From the NCBI GenBank assembly GCA_009699015.1, contig WLOY01000001.1, forward strand, positions 414-64,413: DNA of 64,000 bases, read 5' to 3'. Positions within the stretch are counted from its first letter, which is position 1; each line of letters opens with the position of its first letter. The DNA comes from Actinomycetota bacterium (lineage in GTDB: Bacteria; Actinomycetota; Actinomycetes; S36-B12). The notes beneath the pieces were generated by a model. The model was not told where the DNA came from. It was given only the letters and a program-made list of their open reading frames with translations, and ran no database searches. The position numbers and the translations under genes are program-made. Shown here piece by piece: positions 54,012 through 62,698 of this stretch.

Positions 54012-54180
54012 GGCACTATTCAACCATTCGTTTGGTTGAGCGCGCAAGTCACGCTTTTAGCTTGATCCGGAATCATTCAAACTCCCGTTTGGTTGCTATT
54101 TAGCCGCCAGCCCGCTATGTTGCTCCCCCTCAGAGCAACGTGAGCTGGGTGGATGCCGACAGTCGGAGGACAGACTCACC

Positions 54181-54696
54181 ATGACAGAGAACGCAAGTGC
54201 CAAGGACCTGAGATCGCTGCTCAAAAGCGTAGAGACTGCCGGATGGGATTACGCACGCATTGAACTTGACGGTCTCACGATTGTCGTCTCGAAGGACGCG
54301 GATCCCGGCATTCATACAGTCATTCCGGCTACGGCCGAGGTGGCAAGAGAGCAAGGACTCGGCAACGTCCCGGTCTCACCCTCGCCTTCGATTCCGGCCA
54401 AGGCTCCCATCGCTTCACCAACCATGCCCACGGAAGCGCCTAGCTTCGAAGACGCCACCACTGTGGGATCTCCATCGATTGGATTGTTCTGGCGATCTCC
54501 GAAGCCGGGCGCGCCGCACTTCATCGAAGTCGGACAGGAAGTCTCGGCCGATGACACCGTCTGCATCATTGAGGTTATGAAGCTCATGACGCACGTCAGA
54601 GCGGGCCACGACGGAACAATTGCACGTATCCACCCTTCAAACGGCGACATGGTCGAGTATGGAACACCCCTCGTCGACATCGTTCCAAAGAAGTAG
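54181..54696 (+). CDS. biotin carboxyl carrier protein (BCCP)
   Basis: 171 aa. Pro/Ala-rich linker, then the biotinyl domain with CIIEVMKLM (the biotin-attachment Lys in the EVMKL motif). Confidence 0.85.
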   Translation: MTENASAKDLRSLLKSVETAGWDYARIELDGLTIVVSKDADPGIHTVIPATAEVAREQGLGNVPVSPSPSIPAKAPIASPTMPTEAPSFEDATTVGSPSIGLFWRSPKPGAPHFIEVGQEVSADDTVCIIEVMKLMTHVRAGHDGTIARIHPSNGDMVEYGTPLVDIVPKK

Positions 54697-54748
54697 TGCT
54701 TTGTTTCACTTCTGCAACCATGCTTTCGGCTGAATTGAGGATGGATCG

Positions 54749-56221
54749 ATGACCGATCACGTCGAGTTCATTGACACGACAATGCGCGATGGGCAACAGA
54801 GTCTCTGGGGCATGCGCATGCAAGGACGCCACCAGTTGGCGCTCGCTGACGACATCGACCGTGTGGGCTACAGCGTCGTCGATATGGTCGTGAGCAATGT
54901 CTTTGAGGCTCAGGTGCGGTTCGGCAAGGAGGACCCCTGGCAGAACCTTGATCACGTGCGCGCCGCAATGCCGAACAGCAAACTCCGCGCAGGAATGCGA
55001 AGTTTCGCACTTGTCGGCTTCAGCAAGAATCCGGATTCCCTCGTCGAACTGTGGGTAAGAACGCTCGCGAAACACGGTGTCGGCAGCTACTGGTTGGTCG
55101 ACTGCCTATTCGACATGGCGAAGATGCAATGGATTGCCGACATCGTCCACGACACAGGCTCTGATGTGGTGCCGTGCCTCATGTACGCCAATAGTCCCGT
55201 GCACACCGACGAATACATAGCAAACATCGTGCGCCAAATGGCCAGCTTCAAGAACGTTGACAGCATCATGTTTGCGGATGAAGCCGGTGTCCTTCGACCC
55301 GAGGGTGCTCGCACTCTCCTTCCTGCCCTCGTCGACGCCGCCGGCGATGTCCCACTGGAAATGCACTGTCATAACACGACCGGACTGGCGCCGCTGAACT
55401 ATCTGATCGCCATCGAGGCAGGCGTGCGGATTCTTCACACCGCCAGTCGACCCCTCGCCAATGGCCCATCACTACCATCGATTGAGGGCATGCTTGACAA
55501 CCTCAAGCACACAGGGCATTCACACCAATTGAGGACGGCGCCACTCACCCGAATCGCTGAAACCCTCACATACATCGCAGGGATGGAAGATCGACCGCTT
55601 GGGGTCCCAAGTGAGTATCGGGAGTTCACCTACAAGCACCAACTGCCCGGGGGGATGACCGGCACTCTTCTCGCTCAGTTGTCGCAGTACGGCATGAGTG
55701 ACCGTCTTGAAGAGGTACTCGAGGAGGCTGCGGTCGTACGCACCGAGGTCGGCTACCCCCCGAGCGCCACTCCCTTCTCTCAGTTGATCGGCATTCAAGC
55801 GGTCCTCAATGTCGTAACCGGAGAGCGCTACAAGATCGTTCCCGACGAGATGATCCTCTACGCGCTCGGTCACCTCGGGACTCCAGCCGCGCCCTTCGAT
55901 CAAGATGCCCTCGACTCAATTCTCTCGTCGCCCCGGGGTAAGGACTTCATCTCGTGGGAGCAGCCCCAGCCATCCCTCAAGGAACTTCGTCATGAATATG
56001 GTGAGAATCTCTCGGACGAGGAACTCATCCTCCGTGCGGTGATGCCCAAGGAGGATGTGGACGCGGCACTCGGAAACGGGCCCGCCAACATGGAAATCGC
56101 GCCACCACCCGGAACACGCGCCGCGGCCATCGCCAAGGACATCATCGAACGCTCGACCGCCAATTTCGTCCAAGTTCAGCAACCCGGCCTCAACATGACC
56201 CTCAAGCGCGGATGTCTCTGA
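54749..56221 (+). CDS. carboxyltransferase, 5S / pyruvate-carboxylase-B / oxaloacetate-decarboxylase-alpha type, without biotinyl domain
   Basis: FIDTTMRDGQQSL, EDPWQNL, and the metal site EMHCHNTTGLAPLNYLIAIEAG. No AMKM motif at the C-terminus. Confidence 0.85.
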   Translation: MTDHVEFIDTTMRDGQQSLWGMRMQGRHQLALADDIDRVGYSVVDMVVSNVFEAQVRFGKEDPWQNLDHVRAAMPNSKLRAGMRSFALVGFSKNPDSLVELWVRTLAKHGVGSYWLVDCLFDMAKMQWIADIVHDTGSDVVPCLMYANSPVHTDEYIANIVRQMASFKNVDSIMFADEAGVLRPEGARTLLPALVDAAGDVPLEMHCHNTTGLAPLNYLIAIEAGVRILHTASRPLANGPSLPSIEGMLDNLKHTGHSHQLRTAPLTRIAETLTYIAGMEDRPLGVPSEYREFTYKHQLPGGMTGTLLAQLSQYGMSDRLEEVLEEAAVVRTEVGYPPSATPFSQLIGIQAVLNVVTGERYKIVPDEMILYALGHLGTPAAPFDQDALDSILSSPRGKDFISWEQPQPSLKELRHEYGENLSDEELILRAVMPKEDVDAALGNGPANMEIAPPPGTRAAAIAKDIIERSTANFVQVQQPGLNMTLKRGCL

Positions 56222-56292
56222 ACCCCACGCACCACAACGGGCTTCGCGCTAGACCCCGTCTCACCCCGACACCTGAGAAAGGAACGAGCCGC

Positions 56293-56871
56293 ATGAGCAC
56301 GGTATTGCAGGCACTCCGGCTGAAGGGCCGCGCTACTGCCGGCGAACTTGCCATTTCGATGGGAAGTTCGCTCAGTGAGGTCGAACAGGAGTTAGAGACC
56401 CTTGCACAGGATCACTTGGTGGTCGAACGGACGACCGGCAAGAGGCCGGGATGGATGCTCACCGGCGAAGGTCGCGAACGCTACGACGCCTCGCTGGTGG
56501 AACTGCGAACCCCCGAAGTCATCGAACGACTATCCGAGACCTATGGCGAGTTCCTTCATCACAATGCACCCGTCAAGGAGCTCTGTGCCCGCTGGCAGTC
56601 AGTGTCCGAAGACGCCGACCGATTCGAGATCATCGATGAACTCGCAGAGATTCAGGAGAAGGTTGGTCCAAGCCTCCTCAGTGCCGGCGAAGTTATCTCG
56701 CGATTCGGCGCATATCCCCATCGTCTCACCGCCGCCATGCTCAAGGCTTCCGACGACCATCGGTTCGTCGTGAGCCCGACCGTCGATAGCTTTCACACTG
56801 TCTGGTTCGAGTGCCACGAGGACTACCTTCTAATGCTCGACCGTTCGCGTGAGCAGGAAGGCTCTTGGTAG
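56293..56871 (+). CDS. hypothetical winged-helix protein
   Basis: 192 aa from MSTVLQALRLKGRATAGELA (wHTH-like N-terminus). The C-terminal ~120 aa were not recognised. Confidence 0.5.
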   Translation: MSTVLQALRLKGRATAGELAISMGSSLSEVEQELETLAQDHLVVERTTGKRPGWMLTGEGRERYDASLVELRTPEVIERLSETYGEFLHHNAPVKELCARWQSVSEDADRFEIIDELAEIQEKVGPSLLSAGEVISRFGAYPHRLTAAMLKASDDHRFVVSPTVDSFHTVWFECHEDYLLMLDRSREQEGSW

Positions 56872-56968
56872 GACGGCACGATTCAGGCATCCAGCACGGG
56901 TAACGCGCACGATGTACTGAAGTACTCACCCTGCTCGCAACGTACTCAACTTGAAGGGGAATGGTCAC

Positions 56969-58510
56969 ATGGGCGGCTTCACGCTCGACAGCATTCTGGC
57001 GAAGAACCTTCCTGCACAGGGCGCCGAGGCCAACCGAGTTGCCCTTGTCTTCCAGGATCGCGAGTACACGTTCGAAGAGCTCGACTCCGGTTCCGAGATG
57101 CTCGCCCACGGACTCCTCAAGCAGGGCTTCTCCAAGGGCGATCGCATGTGTGTTCTCGCCAAGAATCGAGCCGAATGGTTTGAGATTCTCTTCGCACTCG
57201 CGAAGATCGGCGGCGTTCTCGTGCCAGTGAACTACCTCTTGAAAGCAAGAGAGGTTCAACACATCGTTGAAGACTCCGGCGCCACGTGGTTCCTTGGCGA
57301 GGACATCCTCTGGTCGACTATCGACGGATTTCGTGACGACGCGGGCCCGCACCTGCGATACATCAGCGTTGGTGACGACCAATCAGGTGCGATCCCATAC
57401 GCATCCCTTCGCGTCGAGTTGCCACCGATCCGCAGGGAAGTGGCAGTGTCGTCGGGCGACCTTGCGCTGCTGCAATACACGTCTGGAACCACAGGATTTC
57501 CCAAGGGCGCCATGCACACCCACTCCACAATCCTGTGGAACACAATTCATCAGATTCCCGACTTCGGAATCAACCGCGACGACGTACACCTCGTCATTCC
57601 GGCGATGTGCTGGGCGGCCGGGTTCCACAGCTTCACGTTGGCCGTCATGTGGGCCGGTGGCAAGATCGTGCTGAATCCCAGCCGGAATTTCGATGCACAC
57701 GAGTTCGGAGCGACCGTGACCCGCCACCGGGTGACAAAGACGATTCTCGTTCCCTCGGTGCTTCGAATTGTTCTGGACTCCGATGCCCTTGAGCGACACG
57801 ATCTGTCGTCCCTGAATCTCGTCCTGAGCGGCGGCGAACCGGTGCCCGTCGAGGCAATCTCCGACTGGAACCGCAGGGTTGCCTCCTGCCACCTCGTACA
57901 GGGCTATGGCATGGGCGAATTTCCCACCCTCATGCTCTATCTGTCTCCAAAGGTTGCAGTTCGCAAGGCAGGCGCCGCGGGCAAACCCTGCCTCGTAGCG
58001 CAGGTCCGTGTGGTCGATGAGACATTTCAGGACACGTCGGTTGGTCAGGTCGGCGAAATCGTCGCCCTATCTGAGGCGTGCATGGTGGGCTATTACGGAA
58101 AGCCTGAGGCCACAGCCCAGGCCTTCAACGACGGCTGGATGCGAACCGGTGACCTCGCCTTCAAGGACGAGGAGGGCTACGTTCACATTGCCGGACGCGC
58201 AAAGGAAATGATCATCAGCGGGGGCTTGAACGTCTACCCGGCTGAGGTGGAGCGCGTTATCCTCACCGTTGCAGGCGTTGCCGAGGCGGCCGTCGTGGGT
58301 GAGCCCGACGAGAAGTGGGGCGAGATCATCCACGCCTACATCGTCGTCCCACCGGGAGGCACGGTCGAGGTTGCACTTCTTGAGTCGACATGTCGAGACG
58401 AACTCGCGAACTACAAGGTTCCTCGGCAATGGACGTTTCGGGAAGAACCACTGCCACGCACGACCTCTGGAAAGATCCAAAGACACGCGCTATCGGTGAC
58501 AAACCCCTGA
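56969..58510 (+). CDS. AMP-dependent acyl-CoA synthetase/ligase
   Basis: The ATG at 56969 lies 9 nt after AAGGGGA. YTSGTTGFPKGA, TGDLA, PRTTSGKIQR. Confidence 0.9.
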   Translation: MGGFTLDSILAKNLPAQGAEANRVALVFQDREYTFEELDSGSEMLAHGLLKQGFSKGDRMCVLAKNRAEWFEILFALAKIGGVLVPVNYLLKAREVQHIVEDSGATWFLGEDILWSTIDGFRDDAGPHLRYISVGDDQSGAIPYASLRVELPPIRREVAVSSGDLALLQYTSGTTGFPKGAMHTHSTILWNTIHQIPDFGINRDDVHLVIPAMCWAAGFHSFTLAVMWAGGKIVLNPSRNFDAHEFGATVTRHRVTKTILVPSVLRIVLDSDALERHDLSSLNLVLSGGEPVPVEAISDWNRRVASCHLVQGYGMGEFPTLMLYLSPKVAVRKAGAAGKPCLVAQVRVVDETFQDTSVGQVGEIVALSEACMVGYYGKPEATAQAFNDGWMRTGDLAFKDEEGYVHIAGRAKEMIISGGLNVYPAEVERVILTVAGVAEAAVVGEPDEKWGEIIHAYIVVPPGGTVEVALLESTCRDELANYKVPRQWTFREEPLPRTTSGKIQRHALSVTNP

Positions 58511-58579
58511 GCTCGAACCCCTGTTCCCTTCCAAGGAGGAATCGTCGCTGACCTTCTAACTCAACTGAACGGTGGATCG

Positions 58580-59023
58580 TTAGCCCGCGCGGAGAACCAG
58601 CAGGAACTGACCACCGCCCGGCTCAATGCGGGTCGTCACCGAAAAATCGGGCGCCAGTCTCGACAGCCGGTCGACAAGCCACGTGGCGGCTTCGTCAGCA
58701 TCGCCTTGAGTCGGGCAGCGAGCCACCACCTCCTGACCGCCCTTGCGGGTTAGCCGATCGACCGTGCCGACGATGGGTGCCGGGTCGATGACGAAGAGTT
58801 GAGGAGCCCACGGAACGACAGGCTGCACCTTCCCCTTACGGGTGTTGCATGCCCGGTGCGCGAGCCGTTCGGCGGATGCCAATGACTTCTTGCCTTTCGC
58901 CACCCCCCAGGAATCGACGCTCGGACCACGATCGGCATTGACGGACGCTTCGGAATCCACCGGCTCGTCGCACAGCCAGCAGCGCCAACCGTCACGATCG
59001 CCGACAACATTGAGGTCACTCAT
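58580..59023 (-). CDS. HNH-like small protein (degenerate motif)
   Basis: CWLC ... LAHRACNTRKG resembles the HNH Zn-finger/Asn part, but the usual HxDH reads SVDS. Confidence 0.45.
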   Translation of the reverse strand: MSDLNVVGDRDGWRCWLCDEPVDSEASVNADRGPSVDSWGVAKGKKSLASAERLAHRACNTRKGKVQPVVPWAPQLFVIDPAPIVGTVDRLTRKGGQEVVARCPTQGDADEAATWLVDRLSRLAPDFSVTTRIEPGGGQFLLVLRAG

Positions 59024-59098
59024 GACTGCAGGCTACGGCTTGTCCGCCGGATCTGGAATCTGCCTCGTCCGCAGCCATCCGGCGAATAGGCTGCCAAC

Positions 59099-59533
59099 GT
59101 GGAATCGCCATTCGTGGTCCGGGCAATCAGGGGCCTGCTCGCCGTCGGGTCACTCGTCTTCGCGCTGAGCGCCCTCGCCCTCCTCATCATGCCATCGGCC
59201 TTCGCGACGCTGCTCGGTCTTGCGCCGTCGAGCGACCTCGACTGGGCCCTGCGCATGATGGGCGCCATCCTCGTTGCCCTCGCCGGACAGATGTGGCTCG
59301 TGCGGCACACCCCGGACCCGTCGACCCGCGGGGCTGCGGCCGTCATGGTGATCGGAGGCGGGCTCATGACGGTCATGACCGTCTGGCTGCCCGGTGAGTG
59401 GAGCACGCTGCGCTGGACCTACCTCGGGTTTGGCCTCAGCTTCGCCCTGCTCTATCTCATCCTCCTGCTCGTCGGCCTCAGGGACGCCCCGCAGCATCGG
59501 GACGCCTACGCGGTGGAGGACGACGAAGAATAG
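59099..59533 (+). CDS. hypothetical membrane protein
   Basis: 144 aa, four hydrophobic segments, acidic C-terminus. GTG start. Confidence 0.5.
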   Translation: MESPFVVRAIRGLLAVGSLVFALSALALLIMPSAFATLLGLAPSSDLDWALRMMGAILVALAGQMWLVRHTPDPSTRGAAAVMVIGGGLMTVMTVWLPGEWSTLRWTYLGFGLSFALLYLILLLVGLRDAPQHRDAYAVEDDEE

Positions 59534-59536
59534 GAG

Positions 59537-60628
59537 CTAAGTTGCGGCCGGGGCCGGTTCAGGATCGTCAGCGAACGGGTGCTCCGGATCTCGGCCCGTC
59601 ACGTATTTCGCGATCCCGTAGACGGCCCCTGCGATCGGCACCGCGATGAGTGCCCCGACGATGCCGAGGGCGATGGCACCCGCAGCGATCGCGATGACGA
59701 TCGCGAGCGGGTGGAGATTGACGGCCTTGCCCATGACGAGGGGCTGCATGACGTCGCCATCGAATGAGCCGACGATGATCGTCAGGACGATGACGAGCAC
59801 GGCGATCAACGGACCCTTCTCCGCAAGTGCCACGATCGCCGCGAAGAAGGTCGCGACCGGGGCGCCGATGACCGGGATGAAGGCGCCGATGAATACGACC
59901 GCAGCGAGTGCCGGCGCGAGAGGAACCCCGAGGATTTCCAGCCCGATGAAGACGAGCAGGGCGTCGAGGAAGGCGACGATGACGATGCCGCGCGTGTAGC
60001 CCGAGATAGATTCCCAGGCGATGCGACCTGCCACATCGATGTGGTGGCCGGACTTCTTCGGGATCCAGGAGATCACCCACGCCCAGATCGCGGCGGGGGC
60101 CATGAGGAAGAAGATCACGCCGAAGATGAAGACCGAGCCGGCGATGATGAGGGTTCCGATCGAACCGGCCGCGCCAAGCGCATCACCGAGCACGCCCTTC
60201 GCAACATTCGCGCCAACGCCCTTGGCCTGATCCAGCAGGTTGCTGATGTCTGCGTCATCGAGCCCGAGGGGACCTGTCTTCATCCAGTTCTCGATCTCCG
60301 CGAACCCGCTCTGGATCGACGCGGCGAGTTTCGGGCCCTCGCTGATCGTCGATGAGATCACGCTGTAGAGGACGAGGATGATCGCCGTGCCGATGGCCAG
60401 GAGCGCGAGGATCATCGCGAGGACCTTCGGCATGATCTTGTTGAAGACATTCATCACCGGCGAGGTCCACGCGGTGACGAGCATCGCGAAGAAGAGTGCG
60501 AACACGACGGGGAAGATCGTATTGAAGACAATCCCTATCAGGACGAACCCCGCCACGAGCACGAGCAGTCGCCATGTGATGCCGGAAAGCCGCTTCAAGG
60601 TATCGGGGATGCCATCGTCAGAGTCCAT
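59537..60628 (-). CDS. AI-2E family transporter (PerM/YhhT-like)
   Basis: 363 aa polytopic membrane protein with the typical central loop and a C-terminal helix bundle. Confidence 0.75.
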   Translation of the reverse strand: MDSDDGIPDTLKRLSGITWRLLVLVAGFVLIGIVFNTIFPVVFALFFAMLVTAWTSPVMNVFNKIMPKVLAMILALLAIGTAIILVLYSVISSTISEGPKLAASIQSGFAEIENWMKTGPLGLDDADISNLLDQAKGVGANVAKGVLGDALGAAGSIGTLIIAGSVFIFGVIFFLMAPAAIWAWVISWIPKKSGHHIDVAGRIAWESISGYTRGIVIVAFLDALLVFIGLEILGVPLAPALAAVVFIGAFIPVIGAPVATFFAAIVALAEKGPLIAVLVIVLTIIVGSFDGDVMQPLVMGKAVNLHPLAIVIAIAAGAIALGIVGALIAVPIAGAVYGIAKYVTGRDPEHPFADDPEPAPAAT

Positions 60629-60710
60629 GCTTGAACCCTATTGCCCGTCCGGTCGATCGAATCTGCGCATCGGGGATTCGGGATGACCGCTTTGCTGTGA
60701 GAATTGGCCC

Positions 60711-61469
60711 ATGCCTGCCACCCGCAGATCAATACTCGTCACCGGAGGCTCACGAGGCATCGGTGCCGCGGTAGCCCTCGAGTTCGCCACGATCGGTGAC
60801 CGGGTGGCCGTTCACTACGGTGCATCGAGGCACGCCGCCGAAGCGGCCCTCGCCGCCCTGCCCGGCGACGGCCACGTCATCGTTCAGGCCGATCTCCGCG
60901 ACCCCGAGGCAGTCCGCCGCATGGTCGACGAGGCCGCCGCTTCCCTGGGCGGCATCGACATCCTCGTGAACAACGCCGGCGTCTTCTTCCCGCATCCCAT
61001 CGAGGCCTCCACCTACGAGGAGTGGCAGCAGGGCTGGCGCGACACGATCGACATCAACCTCATCGGCGCCGCGAACGCCGCCTGGTGCGCGCTCCAGCAC
61101 ATGCCCCGGGGCAAGGACTCCCGCATCGTCAACGTCGGATCGCGCGGCGCCTTTCGCGGGGAGCCCGACAGCCCCGCCTACGGCGCCAGCAAGGCAGCCC
61201 TCGGTGCCTTCGGACAGTCCATCGCCAAGTCGCTCGGCGTCCTCGGCATCGCCGTCACCACCCTGGCCCCCGGCTTCGTCGACACCGAGATGGCCGCCGC
61301 GTCCCTTGCCGGGTCGGGTGGCGATGAGATCAGGGGCCAGAGCCCGTTCAATCGGGTCCCGTCGGCCCAGGAGGTAGCCAAGGCGGTCGTGTTTCTCGCA
61401 TCGCCGGCCGCCGAGTGGGCAAGCGGGGGCATCCTCGACTTCAACGGTGCCTCGTACCTGCGGATGTAG
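60711..61469 (+). CDS. SDR oxidoreductase
   Basis: VTGGSRGIGAA, NNAG, S...YGASK. Confidence 0.9.
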   Translation: MPATRRSILVTGGSRGIGAAVALEFATIGDRVAVHYGASRHAAEAALAALPGDGHVIVQADLRDPEAVRRMVDEAAASLGGIDILVNNAGVFFPHPIEASTYEEWQQGWRDTIDINLIGAANAAWCALQHMPRGKDSRIVNVGSRGAFRGEPDSPAYGASKAALGAFGQSIAKSLGVLGIAVTTLAPGFVDTEMAAASLAGSGGDEIRGQSPFNRVPSAQEVAKAVVFLASPAAEWASGGILDFNGASYLRM

Positions 61470-61537
61470 GCCCGGTGTGACGAGTTCCGCCGACAGCACG
61501 ACATGACGCAGGACTTCGCGGCGGACACCTTCGCCCC

Positions 61538-62224
61538 ATGACAGCGGACGACTGGGTCGGGGCGGTGAAGGCTGCCCTGCTCCCGCATGCCCAGCCCGCT
61601 GATGCCAGCCAGATGGCCGGGTACATGAAACACGTCGCCCCATTCCTTGGCATCAGGGCTCCAGACCGCAGGCGTGCGGTCCTCGCCTCGATCAAGAACC
61701 GTCCGCCGCCTTCGGAGGAGTGCCTGCACGACATCGTCCTGGCCCTGTGGGCTGAACCCGAGCGCGAGTACCAGTACGCCGCATGCGACCTCCTCACTCG
61801 CTTCGCACCACTCCTCTCGGACGGGTTTCTCGCCGACCCGACCGAACGCCTCCTCAAGGCGAAGCCTTGGTGGGACACAGTCGATTTCCTCGGCAGCGCC
61901 GTCGTTTCACCCCTCACTGCACGCTACCCAGCGGCACTCGACCTCATGTGGCAGTGGTGCCGGTCCGGTGATCGGTGGCTCATTCGCGCGGCCATCCAGC
62001 ACCAGCGCGGGCGACGCGGACGCACTGACATGGGGGTGCTCACGGCGATGAGCGCGCTGCACGCCGCGGATGGGGAGTTCTTCGTGTCAAAGGCGATCGG
62101 CTGGGCCATGCGCGACACCTCCCGCTGGTTTCCTTGCGAGGTGCGGGCGTTCATCGATGATCACCCTGATCTGTCCCCTGTGGCCCGCCGCGAAGCAGAG
62201 CGCGGGCTGGCAAGGGTCGGATAG
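61538..62224 (+). CDS. DNA alkylation repair protein (AlkD/HEAT-like repeat family)
   Basis: MAGYMKHVAPFLGIRAP and FVSKAIGWAMRD are typical of this family. Confidence 0.7.
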   Translation: MTADDWVGAVKAALLPHAQPADASQMAGYMKHVAPFLGIRAPDRRRAVLASIKNRPPPSEECLHDIVLALWAEPEREYQYAACDLLTRFAPLLSDGFLADPTERLLKAKPWWDTVDFLGSAVVSPLTARYPAALDLMWQWCRSGDRWLIRAAIQHQRGRRGRTDMGVLTAMSALHAADGEFFVSKAIGWAMRDTSRWFPCEVRAFIDDHPDLSPVARREAERGLARVG

Positions 62225-62233
62225 CGTGCCCTT

Positions 62234-62689
62234 ATGCGCCGCCTGATTGAACTCTCCCGCTTCGCCGTCGCGGTCCCGGCCGTGACGTCGATCGTCGCCT
62301 CCTTCGTGCTGATGGGCATCGGGGTCTGGGAAGTCGTGATGTCGATCGTCCACCTCATCGACACGAGCGTGAGCATCAAGCTCACCGTGGTGGCGATCCT
62401 CACGGCGGTCGACACCTTCCTCCTCGCGACCGTGCTCCTCGTCATCGGATACGGGCTCTACGAGCTCTTCGTCGACAATGAGGTGAAGCTGCCCGAGTGG
62501 CTCGAGATCCGCTCGCTTGACGACCTGAAGACGAAGCTCATCGGGGTCATCGTCGCCATCCTCGCCGTCGTGTTCCTCGGGGCGCTCGTCGATCGCAGTG
62601 ACGCGAACTCGGTCATGCTCATCGGCGCGGGGGTCGGCGCCGTGGTCATCGGCCTCGCGGCCTTCACCTTCGCGACGAAGCGAAAGTAG
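62234..62689 (+). CDS. YqhA/UPF0114 family membrane protein
   Basis: 151 aa. The pattern GYGLYELFV...LDDLKTKLIGVIV. Confidence 0.6.
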   Translation: MRRLIELSRFAVAVPAVTSIVASFVLMGIGVWEVVMSIVHLIDTSVSIKLTVVAILTAVDTFLLATVLLVIGYGLYELFVDNEVKLPEWLEIRSLDDLKTKLIGVIVAILAVVFLGALVDRSDANSVMLIGAGVGAVVIGLAAFTFATKRK

Positions 62690-62698
62690 GGCGGCGGC

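Noticed and set aside
48541-54696. Interpreting BC + BCCP as housekeeping acetyl-CoA carboxylase (accC/accB)
   Set aside because: No AccA/AccD-type carboxyltransferase is nearby. The partner is a 5S-type carboxyltransferase. BC is co-transcribed with thiolase-like and crotonase genes under a TetR-containing catabolic context.
60750-61643. 297-aa minus-strand ORF
   Set aside because: It is antisense to the SDR at 60711-61469. Gly/Arg/Asp-rich artefact.
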